From NCBI GenBank assembly GCA_964016885.1, contig OZ024744.1, positions 44,392,001-44,456,000 on the forward strand: a stretch of DNA of 64,000 nt. Direction: 5' to 3'. A model generated the notes under the pieces. It was not told the origin of the DNA and did no database searches. It saw only the letters and a list, made by a program, of their open reading frames with translations. Shown here piece after piece: positions 1 through 16,456 of the stretch. This DNA is from Eledone cirrhosa (Eukaryota). Position 1 is the first letter of the stretch; each line of letters starts with the position of its first letter. A program made the position numbers and the translations under genes.

Positions 1-3000
1 GTAATACAGCATCTGTTAATACCAATCCTAATACTACAGCATCTGTTAGTGACGCAGACTAATAATACCAATACTAATACTACACCATGTGTTAGTTACC
101 AATACTAGTATTACACCATTTGTTAGTTACCAATACTAGTATAACATCGTCTGTTAGCTAGAATACTTGTATTACATAATCTGTTAGTTACCAATATTAA
201 TATTACATCATCTGTTACTTAGAACAATAGTATTACACCATCTGTTACTTACCAATATTGTATTACACCATCTGTTAGTTACCAATACTAGTATTACCCC
301 ATCTATTAGTTACCAATACTAGCATTATATTATCTGTTAATTACAAATACTAGTACTACACCATCTGTTAGTTACCAATACTAACATTACACCACTTCCT
401 AATTACCAATATTAATATTACACCATATGTTAGTTAACAATACTAGTATTACACCATCGGTTAGTTAACATAATAGTATTACATTATATGTTGGTTACCA
501 ATACTAACCTTACACCATCTGTTAGTTACCAATACTATTATTACACAATCTGTTAGTTACCAATACTAGTAATATATCATATATTAACTACAAATAATAG
601 TACTACACTATCTGTGATTTACCAATACTAGTATTACACCATCTGTGAGTTACAAATACTAGTACTAGACCTTCTGTTTATTAGCAAATCTAATTCTATA
701 CCATCTGTTAGTTACCACTACTAGTACTACACCATCTCTTAACTACAAAAACTAGTACTACGCATTCTGTTAGTTACCAGAACAAGTACTTCAGCATCTA
801 TTAGTTACCACTCCTCGTACTATAGCATCTGTTAATACTAGTAATAATACTACACCATCTGTAGTGACTGAAACTAATAATACCAATACTAATACTACAC
901 CATCTGTTAGTGACCCAAACAAGTGCTAAACATCTGTGCAGTTACCAATAATAGTTTTACACCATTTGTTAACTTCCAAAACTAGTACTAAATCATCTGT
1001 TAATTACCAAAACTAGTACTACACAAATTGGTAACTACCAAAACTAGTATTACACCATCTGTTAGTTACCAACATTAGTACTACACCATTTGTTAACTAC
1101 CAATGCTAGTACTACAACATCGTTTAGTTACCAATAGTAGTACATCGTTTAGCTACATAAACGAGTACTACAACATTTGTTACTTACCCAGACTAGTACT
1201 ACACCCTCTGTTAGTTAACAATACTAATATTACACCGTCTTTTAGCTAGCATACTAGTATTACACCATCTGCTAGTTACCAATATTAATATTACATCATC
1301 TGTTATTTAGAATACTAGTACCAAATCATTTGTTAGTTTCCAATACTAGTATTACACCGTCTGTTAGTTGGAATACTGTCATTGCGCCATCTGTTAGTTA
1401 ACAATAATAGTACTACACCATTTGTTACTTACCAATAGTAGTACTACACCATTTGTTAATTACCACTAGTAGTACTACACCATATGTTAGTTACCATTAC
1501 TAGTTTTACACCATCTGTTAGTTACCAATATTAATATTACATAATCTGTTACATAGAATAATAGTATTACACCATCTGCTACTTACCAATATTAGTATTA
1601 CACCATCTGTTAGTTACCAATACTAGTATTACCCCATCTGTTAGTTACCAATACTAGCATTGCAATATATGCTAATTACAAATACTAGTACTACACCATC
1701 TGTAGGCTACCAATACTATTACTACACCATCCTGTAAATTACCAATACAAGCATTACACTATATGTTAGTTACCAATACTAGTATTACACCGTCTGTTTG
1801 TTAGAATACTGTCATTACACCATCTGTTAGTTAACAATAATAGTACTACACCATTTGTTACTTACCAATACTAGTACTACACCATTTGTTAATTACCACT
1901 AGTGGTACTACACCATCTGTTAGTTACCAATATTAGTATTTCACAATCTGTTAGATAGCAATAATAGCATTACACTATCTGTTAGTTATTAATACTTGTA
2001 TTATACCATCTGTTAATTACTAATACTAGCATTACACAATCTGTTAGTTGCCAATAGTAGTATTACACTTTCTGTTAGTTACCAATACTAATATTACACC
2101 ATCTGTTAGTTACCATTATTAGTATTACAACATCTGTTAGTTACTAAAACTAGTATTACACCATCTGATAATTACCAATACTAGGATTACACTATCTGTT
2201 AGTTACCAATACTAGTATTACACCATCTGTTAGTTACAAATACTAGTACAAGAGATGCTGTTTGTTACCAAATCTAATACTACACCATCTGTTAGTTACC
2301 AATACTAGTATTACACTATCTGTTAGTTACCAATTCTAACATTACACCATATGTTACCAATATTAATATTACGCCATATGTCAATTAACAATACTAACAT
2401 TACACCATCTGATAGTTACCATTAGTAGTATTACACCATCTGTTAGTTACCAATACTAGTAATACAGTATATGTTAACTACTAATATTAGTACTACACCA
2501 TCTGTTAGTTACCAATACTAGTATTACACCATTTGTTAGTTATAAATACTAGTACAAGACATGCTGTTTGTTACCAAATCTAATACTACACCATCTGTTA
2601 GTTACCAATACTAGTACTACACCATATGTTAGTTAACAAAACAAGTATTACACCATCTATTAGTTACCAATAATAGTATTACACCATCTGTTAGCTACCA
2701 ATACTAGTTTTACACCATCTGATAGTTACCAATACTATTACTACACTATCTATTATTTAACAATACTAGAACTACATCCTTTGTTAGTTAACAATACTAA
2801 TATTACACCAACTGTTTGTGACAAATATTTGTATTACACCATCTGTTAGTTAGAATACTAGTATTACACCATTCTTTTAGTTAACAATACTAGTACTACA
2901 ACATCTGATAGTTACCAATACTAGTATTACAGCATCTATTAGTTAGAATACTGGTACTACATATGTTAGTATCCAATATTTGTATTACACCATTTGCTAG

Positions 3001-6000
3001 TTACCAATACTAGTACTAAACTATTTGTTTGTTATCAATACTAGTACTACAACATCTGTTAGTTACCAAATCTAGTATTACGCCATGTGTTAGTTATCAA
3101 TACTAGTATTACACCATATGTTTGTTACCAATACTAGTACTAAACTATTTATTTGTTAATAATACTAGTACTACACCATATGTTAACAATATTAGTACTA
3201 CATCATTTGTTAGTTAACAAGACAAGATTACAAGATCTATTAGTTACTAATACTAGTATTACCCCATCTGTTAGTTAGAATACTAGTATTACAGCATCTC
3301 TTAGTTACCAATATTAGTATTACGCCATTTATTTGTTACCAATACTAGTATTACAACATCTGTTAGTTATCAATACTAGTACTACACCATAAGTTAGTTA
3401 ACAAAACTAGTATTACACCATCTATTTGTTACCAATACTATTATTACACCATCTGTTAGCTACCAATACTAGTATTACACAATCTGTTACTCACCAATGT
3501 TATTACTACACTATCTATTATTTACCAATACTAGAACTACACCATTTGTTAGTTAACAATACTAATATTACACGAACTGTTAGTGACAAATATTAGTATT
3601 ACACCATCTTTTAGTTAGAATACTAGTATTACACCATTCTTTTAGTTAACAATACTAGTACTACAACATCTGTTAGTTACCAATACTAGTACTGCACCAT
3701 CTGATAGTTACCAATATTAGTATTACAGCATCTATTAGTTAGAATACTGGTACTACACCATATGTTAGTTACCAATGCTAGTACTACATCACCTTTTAGT
3801 TACCAATACTAGTATTATACAATTTGTTATTTACAAATAGGAGTATGACACCATCTGTTAGCTAGAATACTAGTATTATACCATCTTTTAATTACCAATA
3901 TTAGTATTACACCATTTGTTATTTACCAATACTAGGATTACATCATCTGTTAGTTACTACTACTAGCATTATATTATGTTTTAGTTACAAATACTAGTAC
4001 TATACCATCTCGTAGTTACCAATACTAGTACTACACCATATGTTAGTTACAATACTAGTATTACACCGTCTGTTATTTAGAATACATGTATTACTCCAGC
4101 TGCTAGTTACCAATGCTAGCATTACACCATCTTTTAGTTACGAAAATTACAAGATTACAACATCTGTTAGATAGCAATATTAGTATTACACCATATGTTA
4201 GTTACCAATACTAGTATTAGACCATTTGTTAGTTACCAATTCTAGTATTACACCATCTGTTTGCTAGAATACTACTATTACGCCATCTGTTATTTACCAA
4301 AATTAATATTAGACCATTTGTTATTTTACCAATACAAGTTTTACATCATCTGTTAGTTACTATTATTAGTATTACACCATCTGTTAGTTACAATATTAAT
4401 TTTACATCATCTGTTAGTTAATACAACTAGCATTATATTATGTGTTAGTTACCAATACTAGTACTACACCATCTCTTACTTACAAATACTAGTACTACAC
4501 CATTTGTTAGTTACCAATACTAGTATTACACCGTCTGTTATTTAGAATACTGGTATTGCAACATATGTTAGTTACCAATACTGCATTACACCATCTTTTA
4601 GTTACCCAAATTAGTATTTCACCATATGTTAGTTACCAGTACTAGTATTACACCATCTGTTAGTTACCAATACTAGTATTACCCCATCTGTTCGTTAGCA
4701 ATATTAGTACTACACCATTTGCTAGTTACCAATACTAGTACTACACCATCTGTTAACAATATTAGTACTAGATCATCTGTTAGTTAACAATACTAGTATT
4801 ACACCAACTGTTAGTTGCCAAAATTAGAATTACACCATTTGTTTGTTACCAATACTAGTATTACAACATCTGTTAGTTATCAATACTAGTACTACACCAT
4901 CTGTTAGTTAACGATACTAGTATTACACCATCTGTTAGCTACCAATACTAGTATTACACCATCTGTTAATTACTAATAATAGTATTACACCGTCTGTTAG
5001 CTAGAATACTAATATTACACCATATTTTAGTTACCGATATTTGTATTACACCATGTGTTAGTTACCAATACTAGTATTACATCATCTGTTAGATACTACT
5101 ACTAGAATTATATGTGTTACTTACCAATACTAGTACTACAACATCTCTTAGTACTACACCATTTGTTAGTTACCAATACTAGTATTACACCGTCCGTTAT
5201 TTAGCATACTGATATTACACCATCTGTTAGTTACCAATACTTACATTACACCAACTTTTACTTACCAAAATTAGTATTACCCCATCTGTTAGTTACCAAT
5301 ATTTGTACTACATCCTTTGCCAGTTACCAATACTAGTACTAAACTATTTGTTTGTTACCAGTACTATCACTACACCCTCTGTTAACAATATTAGTACTAG
5401 ATCATCTGTTAGTTAACAATACTAGTATTACACCATATTTTAGTTACCAATATTAGTATTACACCATATTTTATTTACCAATATTAGTATTACACCATTT
5501 GTGTTTTACCAATACTAGTATTACACCATATATTAGTTATCAATACTAGTATTACAATATCTGTGATCTATCAATACTAGAATTACACCATCTGTTAGTT
5601 ACCAACATTAATATTACATGATTTCTTAATTAGAATAATAATATTACACCATCTGTTAGATTCCAATACTAGTATTACACCGTCTGGTTGTTAGAATACT
5701 GGCATTAAACCATATGTTAGTTAACATTACTAGTACTACACCATTTGTTAGTTATCAATACTAGTACTACACCATCTGTTAGTTAACAATACTAGTATTA
5801 CATCATCTGTTAGTTACCCAAACTAGCATTACACCATAAGTTAGTTACCAAAACTAGTATTACACCATCTGTTAATTAACAATAGTAGCATTACACTATC
5901 TGTTAGTTACCATACTAACATTCCACCATATTTTAGTTAATAATACTAGTATTACACCATCTGTTAGTTACCAATACTGGTAATACAGCATATGTTAACT

Positions 6001-9000
6001 ACAAATACTAGTACTACACCCCCTGTTAGTTACCAATACTAGTATTACACCATCTGTTAGTTACATATACTAGTACTAGACCTTCTGTGTGTTACCAAAT
6101 CTAATACTACACCATCTGTTAGTTATGCTACTTACCAATACTATTACTACACCATCTGTTAACTACCAAAATTAGTACTACACATTCTGTTAGTTACCAA
6201 AGCAAGTACTGCAGCATCTATTAGTTACCACTCCTAGTAATACAGCATCTGTTAATACCAATCCTAATACTACAGCATCTGTTAGTGACGCAGACTAATA
6301 ATACCAATACTAATACTACACCATGTGTTAGTTACCAATACTAGTATTACACCATTTGTTAGTTACCAATACTAGTATAACATCGTCTGTTAGCTAGAAT
6401 ACTTGTATTACATAATCTGTTAGTTACCAATATTAATATTACATCATCTGTTACTTAGAACAATAGTATTACACCATCTGTTACTTACCAATATTGTATT
6501 ACACCATCTGTTAGTTACCAATACTAGTATTACCCCATCTATTAGTTACCAATACTAGCATTATATTATCTGTTAATTACAAATACTAGTACTACACCAT
6601 CTGTTAGTTACCAATACTAACATTACACCACTTCCTAATTACCAATATTAATATTACACCATATGTTAGTTAACAATACTAGTATTACACCATCGGTTAG
6701 TTAACATAATAGTATTACATTATATGTTGGTTACCAATACTAACCTTACACCATCTGTTAGTTACCAATACTATTATTACACAATCTGTTAGTTACCAAT
6801 ACTAGTAATATATCATATATTAACTACAAATAATAGTACTACACTATCTGTGATTTACCAATACTAGTATTACACCATCTGTGAGTTACAAATACTAGTA
6901 CTAGACCTTCTGTTTATTAGCAAATCTAATTCTATACCATCTGTTAGTTACCACTACTAGTACTACACCATCTCTTAACTACAAAAACTAGTACTACGCA
7001 TTCTGTTAGTTACCAGAACAAGTACTTCAGCATCTATTAGTTACCACTCCTCGTACTATAGCATCTGTTAATACTAGTAATAATACTACACCATCTGTAG
7101 TGACTGAAACTAATAATACCAATACTAATACTACACCATCTGTTAGTGACCCAAACAAGTGCTAAACATCTGTGCAGTTACCAATAATAGTTTTACACCA
7201 TTTGTTAACTTCCAAAACTAGTACTAAATCATCTGTTAATTACCAAAACTAGTACTACACAAATTGGTAACTACCAAAACTAGTATTACACCATCTGTTA
7301 GTTACCAACATTAGTACTACACCATTTGTTAACTACCAATGCTAGTACTACAACATCGTTTAGTTACCAATAGTAGTACATCGTTTAGCTACATAAACGA
7401 GTACTACAACATTTGTTACTTACCCAGACTAGTACTACACCCTCTGTTAGTTAACAATACTAATATTACACCGTCTTTTAGCTAGCATACTAGTATTACA
7501 CCATCTGCTAGTTACCAATATTAATATTACATCATCTGTTATTTAGAATACTAGTACCAAATCATTTGTTAGTTTCCAATACTAGTATTACACCGTCTGT
7601 TAGTTGGAATACTGTCATTGCGCCATCTGTTAGTTAACAATAATAGTACTACACCATTTGTTACTTACCAATAGTAGTACTACACCATTTGTTAATTACC
7701 ACTAGTAGTACTACACCATATGTTAGTTACCATTACTAGTTTTACACCATTTGTTAGTTACCAATACTAGTATTACACTGTCTGCTAGCTAGAATAATTG
7801 TATAACACCATCTGTTAGTTACCAATATTAATATTACATAATCTGTTACATAGAATAATAGTATTACACCATCTGCTACTTACCAATATTAGTATTACAC
7901 CATCTGTTAGTTACCAATACTAGTATTACCCCATCTGTTAGTTACCAATACTAGCATTGCATTATATGCTAATTACAAATACTAGTACTACACCATCTGT
8001 TAGCTACCAATACTATTACTACACCATCCTGTAAATTACCAATACAAGTATTACACTATATGTTAGTTACCAATACTAGTATTACACCGTCTGTTTGTTA
8101 GAATACTGTCATTACACCATCTGTTAGTTAACAATAATAGTACTACACCATTTGTTACTTACCAATACTAGTACTACACCATTTGTTAATTACCACTAGT
8201 GGTACTACACCATCTGTTAGTTACCAATATTAGTATTTCACAATCTGTTAGATAGCAATAATAGCATTACACTATCTGTTAGTTATTAATACTTGTATTA
8301 TACCATCTGTTAATTACTAATACTAGCATTACACAATCTGTTAGTTGCCAATAGTAGTATTACACTTTCTGTTAGTTACCAATACTAATATTACACCATC
8401 TGTTAGTTACCATTATTAGTATTACAACATCTGTTAGTTACTAAAACTAGTATTACACCATCTGATAATTACCAATACTAGGATTACACTATCTGTTAGT
8501 TACCAATACTAGTATTACACCATCTGTTAGTTACAAATACTAGTACAAGACATGCTGTTTGTTACCAAATCTAATACTACACCATCTGTTAGTTACCAAT
8601 ACTAGTATTACACTATCTGTTAGTTACCAATTCTAACATTACACCATATGTTACCAATATTAATATTACGCCATATGTCAATTAACAATACTAACATTAC
8701 ACCATCTGATAGTTACCATTAGTAGTATTACACCATCTGTTAGTTACCAATACTAGTAATACAGTATATGTTAACTACTAATACTAGTACTACACCATCT
8801 GTTAGTTACCAATACTAGTATTACACCATTTGTTAGTTATAAATACTAGTACAAGACATGCTGTTTGTTACCAAATCTAATACTACACCATCTGTTAGTT
8901 ACCAATACTAGTACTACACCATCTGTTAACTACCAACACCAGTACTACACATTCTGTTAGTTACCAAAGCAAGTACTGCAGCATCTATTAGTTACCACTC

Positions 9001-12000
9001 CTAGTACTACATCATCTGTTAATACCAATACTAATACTACACAATCTGTTATTGACACAAACTAATAATACCAATACTAGTACTACACCATATGTTAGTT
9101 ACCAATACTAGTATTACACCATTTGTTAGTTACCAATACTAGTATTACACCGTCTGCTAGCTAGAATAATTATATAACACCATCTGTTAGTTACCAATAT
9201 TAATATTACATCATCTGTTACATAGAATAATAGTATTACACCATCTGTTACTTACCAATATTAGTATTACACCATCTGTTAGTTACCAATACTAGTATTA
9301 CCTCATCTGTTAGTTACCAAAACTAGCATTGCATTATATGCTAATTACAAATACTAGTACTACACCATCTGTTAGCTACCAATACTATTACAACACCGTC
9401 TGTAAATTACCAATACTAGCATTACACTATATGTTAGTTACCAATACTAACATTACACCATATGTTATTTAACAATACTAGCATTACACCATCGGTTAGT
9501 TAACATACTAGTATTACACCATATGTTAGTTACTAATACTAACATTACACCATCTGTTAGTTACACATACTAGTATTACACAATCTGTTAGTTACCAATA
9601 CTAGTAATACACCATATGTTGACTACAAAAACTAGTCCTACACCATCTATTAGTTACCAATACTAGTATTACACCATATGTGAGTTACAAATACTAGTAC
9701 TAGACCTTCTGTTTGTTACCAAATCTAATACTATACTATTTGTTAGTTACCAACACTAGTACTACACCATCTGTTAACTACCAAATCTAGTACTACGCAT
9801 TCTGTTACTTACCAAAGCAAGTAGTGCAGCATCTATTAGTTCATATTACTACAGCATCTGTTAATACCAATACTAATACTACACCTTCTGTTAGTGACCC
9901 AAACTAGTGCTACAACATCTGTGCAGTTACCAATAATAGTTCTACACCATTTGTTAGCTACCCAATCTAGTACTACACCATTTGTTAACTACCAAAATTA
10001 CTATTACCTCATCTGTTAGTTACCAATACTAGTACTACATCATATATTAGCTACCAATACTATAACTGCACCATCTGTTAGTTACAAAAACTAGTATTAG
10101 ATCATTTGTTAGTTACCAAAACTAGTACTACACAATTTGGTAACTACCAATACTAATACTTCACCATCGTTTAGTTGCCAATAGTAGTACTACACCATCT
10201 TTAATTACATAAACTAGTACTACAACATTTGTTAGTTACCAAGACTAGTACTACACCATCTATTAGTTACCAATACTAGTAATACACCATTTTTTAGTTA
10301 CCAATACTAGTATTACTCCGTCTGTTAGCTAGAATACTAGTATTACACCATCTGTTAGTTACCAATATTAGTATTACACCATCTGTTAGTTAGAAAATAG
10401 TATTACATCATCTTTTACTTACCAATATTAGTATTACACCATCTGTTAGTCACCAATACTATATTACCGCATCTGTTAGTTACCAATACTAGCATTACAT
10501 TATCTGTTAATTACAAAAACTAGTATTACACCGTTTGTTAGTTACCAATACTACTACTACACCATTTGTTAGTTATCAATACTAGTACTACACCATCTGG
10601 TAGTTAACAATAGCAGTATTACACCATCTGTTAGATACCAATAATAGCATTACACCATATGTTACTTACCAATACTAGTATTATACCATCTAGTATTGCA
10701 CTTTCTTTTACTTTCCAATACTAATATTACACCATCGGTTAGTTACCAATATTAATATTACACCATATGTTAGTTACCAATACTAGTATTACACCATCTA
10801 TTAGTTCCTAATAATAGTACTACACATCTGTTAGTTAACAATACTAGTATTACACCATCTATTAGTTACCAATACTAACATTACACCATCTCTTAGTTAC
10901 CAAAACTAGTATTACACCATCTGTTAATTACCAATACTAGCATTACAATATCTGTTAGTTACCAATACTAGTATTACACTATCTGTTAATTACCAACACT
11001 AACATTACACCATCTGTTAGTTACCAATATTAATATTACACCTTATGTTACTTATTAATACTAGTATTACACCATCGGTTAGTTAGCATACTGGTATTAC
11101 ACCATATGTTAGTTACCAATACTAGTATTACGCCATCTGTTAGTTAGCAATACTAGTACTACACCATTTGTTAACTACCAAAACTAGTACTACACATTAT
11201 GTTAGTTACCAAAGCAAGTACTGCAGAATCTATTAGTTACCACTCCTAGTACTATAGCATCTGTTAATACCAATACTAATACTACACCATCTGTTAGTGA
11301 TCCAAACTAATAATTGTTTCTACTTTTGGCACAAGGCCAGCAATTACCCAGTACCAAACTAATAATACCAATACTAATACTACATCATCTGTTAGTGATC
11401 CAAACTAGTTCTACAACATCTGTGCAGTTACCAATAATAGTTCTACACCATTTGTTAGCTACCAAAATTACTATTATCCCATGTGTTAGTTACCAATACT
11501 AGTACTACATCATATATTAGCTACCAATATAAGAACTGCACCATATGTTAGTTACATAAACTAGTATTACATCATCTGTTAGTTACCAAAACTAGTACTA
11601 CATCATCTGTTAATTACCAAAACTAGTACTACCCCATCTGTTAGTTACCAAAACTAGTACTACACAATTTGGTAACTACCAAAACTAGTATTACACCATC
11701 TGTTAGTTAGCAAATGTAGTACTACACCATTTGTTAACTACCAATACTAGTACTACACCATCGTTTAGTTACCATAGTAGTACTACACCATATGTTAGTT
11801 ACCAATACTAGTACTACACCATCTGTTAGTTACCAACACTAGTATTACACCATTTGTTAGTTACCAATACTTGTATTACACCATCTGTTAGCTAGAATAC
11901 TAGTATGACACCATATGTTAGTTACCAATATTAATATTACATCATCTGTTACTTAGAATAATAAAATTACACCATCTGTTAGTTACCAACACTAGTATTA

Positions 12001-12001
12001 A
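1..12001. repeat. 31-bp tandem satellite (consensus ccatctgttagttaccaatactagtattaca), intronic to the protease gene
   Basis: Continuous 31-nt periodicity with diverged monomers. The block 1-~2620 recurs at 6237-~8920 (offset 6236 bp, plus a ~62-bp indel). Confidence 0.97.
11315..11353 (-). mobile_element. 5'-truncated tRNA-derived SINE 3' end inserted in the satellite
   Basis: tgtttctacttttggcacaaggccagcaattacccagt matches the end of the longer SINE copies. It is flanked by the 13-bp direct repeat ccaaactaataat (11302-11314, 11354-11366). Confidence 0.85.
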
Positions 12002-12101
12002 ACTATTTCTATTTGAAATTAAGTTCAAAATTCATTTTCTTATTTAATTTTTATTGTTTTAATTGTTTCATTTCTCTCCGTGTTTAACCTCCACTCAATA
12101 G

Positions 12102-12236
12102 AGAATGACATCGCTGTTTTGATCTTGTGGAACCCTATTAAAACTGACAATTGTGTACAGTACGCTCCGTTGGCAATGGAGGGGGAAACATTTGATAATA
12201 AATCATGTATCACTGCTGGATGGGGAGATTTAGGAT
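12102..12236 (+). CDS. S1 serine protease, exon carrying the catalytic Asp102 (copy A)
   Basis: Acceptor caatAG|, donor |GTGAGT. Translates NDIAVLILWNPIKTDNCVQYAPLAMEGETFDNKSCITAGWGDLG (DIAL-like and GWG motifs). The phase-1 end joins the next exon as T+GG = Trp. Confidence 0.92.
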
Positions 12237-12259
12237 GTGAGTTACCTCCCTTTCTTACT

Positions 12260-13410
12260 AATGGTGGTGTTGGTGGAGGTGGTGGTGGTGGTAGTGTATG
12301 TGTTCTGGTCGTGGTAGTGTTGTGTGTTTGGTGGTGGTGGCGTGTGTGTGTTTGGTAGTGGTGTGCGTGTGTGTTTTTTGGTGGTGTGTGTGTGTGTTTG
12401 ATGTTGGTGGTGTGTGTGTTTTGTTGTGGTGATATGTGTTTGGTGGTGGTGGTGGTGTGTGTGTGTGGTGGTATTTGGTGTGTGGTGGTGTGTGGTGGTG
12501 TGTGGTGTGTTTCTGTGTGGTGGTTGTGTTTTGTGGTGGTGGTGTTGATGTGTGTGTGGTGGTGGTGGTGGTGTGTAGTTTGTGGTGTGTGTGTGTGGTA
12601 GTGATGGTGTGTGTGTGTGGTAGTGATGGTGTGTGGTGTGTTTCTGTGTCGTGTTTGTGTTTTGTGGTGGTGGTGTTGATGTATGTTAGTGTGATAGTGT
12701 GTGGTGTGTGGTGTGTGGTGTGTGGTGTGTGGTGTGTGGTGTGTGGTGGTGGTGTGAGGTGTGTGGTGTGTTTCGGTGTGGTGTTCGTGTTTTGTGGCGG
12801 TGGTGTTGATGTGTGTGTGGTGTTGGTGGTGGTGGTGAGTGGTGTGTGGTGTGTGGTGTGTGGTGTGTGTGTTTGGTGGTGTTGGTGGAGTGTGGTGTGT
12901 GGTGGTGTGTGGTGTGTTTCTGTGTGGTGTTTGTGGTTCGTGGTGGTGGTGTTGATGTGTGTTTGGTGGTGGTATGTGGTGTGTGATGTGTTGTGGTGGT
13001 GTGTGGTGCGTTTCTGTGTGGTGTTTGTGTTTTGTGGTGGTGGTGTTGATGTGTGTGTGTAGTGGTGGTGGTGGTGTGTGGTGTGTGGTGTGTGGTGGTG
13101 GTGTGTGGTGGTGGTGGTGGTTTTGGTGTGTGGTGGTGGTGTATGGTGGTGGTGGTGCTGTGTCGTGTGTGTGGTGGTGTGTGGTTTGTGTGGTGGTGTG
13201 TGGTGTGTTTTGTGGTGTGTAGTGGTGTTGATGTGTGTTTGGTGGTGATGGTCTGTGGTGTGTGTGGTGTGTGTATGTTTTATATGCGTGCTGTGTTGTA
13301 TGAGTTGTGTGTGTGAAGTGTTGCTTGTGTGTGTTGTGTAGTATGATGGGTATTTATGTGTGTCTGTGTCTCTGATGTGTATGTGTAATGTGTGTGATAG
13401 TATGTGTGTT
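12260..13410. repeat. GT/GGT-rich low-complexity tract
   Basis: Mixed (GT)n/(GGT)n/gtgtg units. The ORFs here are compositional artefacts. Confidence 0.9.
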
Positions 13411-13500
13411 CTTTCTCTTTCCACTTAGCTTCCTCACTGGAAAATGGTGTAGAAATTGGGGGTTAACTGGTAAAACAGGGGACATGAGGAGTGTATGGAT

Positions 13501-13505
<5 letters not shown>

Positions 13506-13568
<63 letters not shown>
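13506..13568. repeat. (GA)n microsatellite
   Basis: Pure GA run. Confidence 0.95.
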
Positions 13569-13570
<2 letters not shown>

Positions 13571-13942
13571 TTTAGTGAGTGGCTCGTTGAAGTAACGTAG
13601 CCGTTCATTTCATCAAGAATCATATGTATGAAACCCTTCTCGGTTAACTGTCGTTTTAAATTCGTCTGGATCAATTCAACAATCCCCCACTTCATACTGC
13701 TATTCTTTTGAATACCAAATGTAATTAGAGAGCCTTGTTTTGTTTCGTTTATCAATGCGCCCGCAAACATGCCAATATCTTTATTATGCAAACTGTGTCT
13801 GCTGTAAATAGTACTCGTTCCTTTTTGTTCTCTCTCTGTCTCTCTCTCCCTTTATCTCTTGCTGTAAAAAGTCATTCGTAAAAAATTACATTTGTATTTG
13901 GAATACGAATCAATTATTCAGAGTGCACACATACCTTAATCA

Positions 13943-13978
<36 letters not shown>

Positions 13979-14025
13979 TAAAATAACAGGTTAAAGTTTA
14001 AGCAAAGAATCAAATTTATTATTAT

Positions 14026-14072
<47 letters not shown>

Positions 14073-14075
<3 letters not shown>

Positions 14076-16456
14076 CGTTTCTGAATTTGTTTAGCAAGAT
14101 TCTTTATCTGAAAACGTGTGTTGAAACCGATATTGTTATACTTTAGGAGGGTCATGTTGCCTGGAACAATGACGTGCCGGTGTTGTATGGGCTTCGAAAA
14201 GACCATAAAACGGGCAGTGACACTGTCACGGGACCACCAACACAGCCAGTCTGTGGAGCTAACATTGCTAGTAACTACAGACTGTCCTACTTCCTCTCCC
14301 TGATCATACGCCCTATCATTGAAATGTCCCCAGATGTATGTGACAGCACGGAGGACCTCCTCAGCAGAATCGGCGTGAGTAACCGATCTAGGGACCTAAC
14401 AAACAGCATAATAGGCAGTATGGATGTTGTGTCCCTGTATCCATCTATTGACGTGGATTTTGCTGTGGAGAAATGCGTAGAAATGATTAGTGAGAGCAAT
14501 GTTGAGTTCCGTGGGATTGATACCAGTGAGCTGGGACTCCTACTTAAACTTACCTATAGAAATAATTACCTAGACACATATGACCTTAGCAACCTGTGCC
14601 CTACAAGACCAGCAAGAGGCAGACCACCTACCATTACCACAATGGCCAAGGAAAGCCTCAAAAATAGATGGAACGAGTGGACCAGAGCCATACGGACACC
14701 CGAAAACCACGATGAACTGAAGAAAATGATTGCACATGCGGTAGGGGCCAGCATAAAACTAACCCTTAAGGAACATATGTTCATATTTAATGTAAAAACA
14801 TATGCCCAAGAGGAAGGAGCAGCCATTGGTGTTAGCATTGCAGGCGACATAGCTAACTTATTCATAGTATGGTGGGACAGTAGACTTAAACTTAAACTTA
14901 AAGAACAATTAGAAGACCCCTTAACCCTGATAATGTACTCCCGCTACGTTGATGATATAAACACCGTAGTTAAGACACCCCCACTAGAGAAGAGTCAGGA
15001 ACTAGAGAAAAACACAATGGAAAGCATCCAGCAAATAACTAAGTCCATCCACCAGAGTATTAGAGTTACTATAGACTACCCAAGTAAATACTCCAACCAT
15101 CGATTACCTGTACTAGACACAGAGCTCTGGTTAGATACCATTAATAACAAAAAACAAATCCTCCATTCCCATTATGCCAAACCCATGACTTCCAAACATC
15201 TGATCCACCGAAACTCAGCTGTTTCAGACCATACCAAAATCAACATACTGATTGCGGATTTGGTACGGGTGATGAGAAACGTGTCCCGCATGTGCAACCC
15301 CGAAGAACTAGAGAGACACATACAACACTTCATCCACCGTATGCAGTTCTCTGGTTACAATCAGAGAGATATAGAGGAGCCAGAACCAAATGGGAAAAAA
15401 TGGTAAATAATGACACAAATGGGACCTGCCCCTTGTATAGGAGCAAATTTTGGAATAGAATAGAAGGAACTAGAAATAAGGCTAATAGAATAAACTCATG
15501 GTATGATAGCAATAAATACCAGAGTGTAATGTTCATCGATACAACCCCTAGAGGTGAATTAGCTTACAAATTTAGAAGGGACCTAGATAAACATAAACTC
15601 AATATTAAGATAGTAGAAAGACCAGGTACCTCCGTAAAAACACTTATTAGCAAGACATACCCTTTTCAAAGACCCCCCTGTATAGATAAGAAATGTATAA
15701 CCTGTAAAATAAGCCCCCATATTAACTGCAAAACTAGAAATGTAGTGTATAGCATAAGATGTACTGAAGGACAATGTAGAGACAAAAATATAGTGTACAT
15801 AGGTGAGACAGCTCGTAGTGTAGGGGAACGGATAAATGAACACTGGCAAGACCTTCAAGATAGTAAAGAATCATCTGTACTCTACCAACATGCTAAAATA
15901 GAACATAAGGGTAAATTAGAGAACATAGAAATAAAAATAGAATCTACACACAGAAAAGACGCAATGTTTAGACAAATCACAGAGGCAATAAACATAAAAG
16001 AATTACAACCAAAATTAAATAGAAAATATGAGTGGAACAGTAACATCACAACTTACAATTAAGGACAAAATAAAAACACACACGCACATAGAACAAACAA
16101 CCAACCGGTAACATGTAAATAAACAAATAAATAAACGAATATAAACACACACAGACACCCGGATGTGGCGCATGCGCAGACTGAGCACACAACACACACA
16201 CAGAAACAAAATGGCATAGGACAGAACAAAGGAGAGGCACAAAAACAAAGAAAAGAATCCCCAGTCACTGAAGAGGTCACGGAATGTGTGACGAAAGAAC
16301 TTTGACAATATATAAACAACTATCTGGTTGTGGAACCAACCAACCAACCAACCAGAAATTTATAAATTCCTAAATTTATAAATTTATTATAATAAATTGA
16401 CGTGAAAGCAACTGGTGCTTGTGTTTCTTATTGGCAACATGACCCTCCCAAAGTAT

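Noticed and set aside
1-12001. 31-bp repeats resembling a CRISPR array
   Set aside because: No unique spacers, no cas genes, eukaryotic context.
12258-13424. 388-aa His/Thr-rich ORF and overlapping Val/Cys/Trp ORFs
   Set aside because: Translation of a GT-rich low-complexity tract inside an intron.
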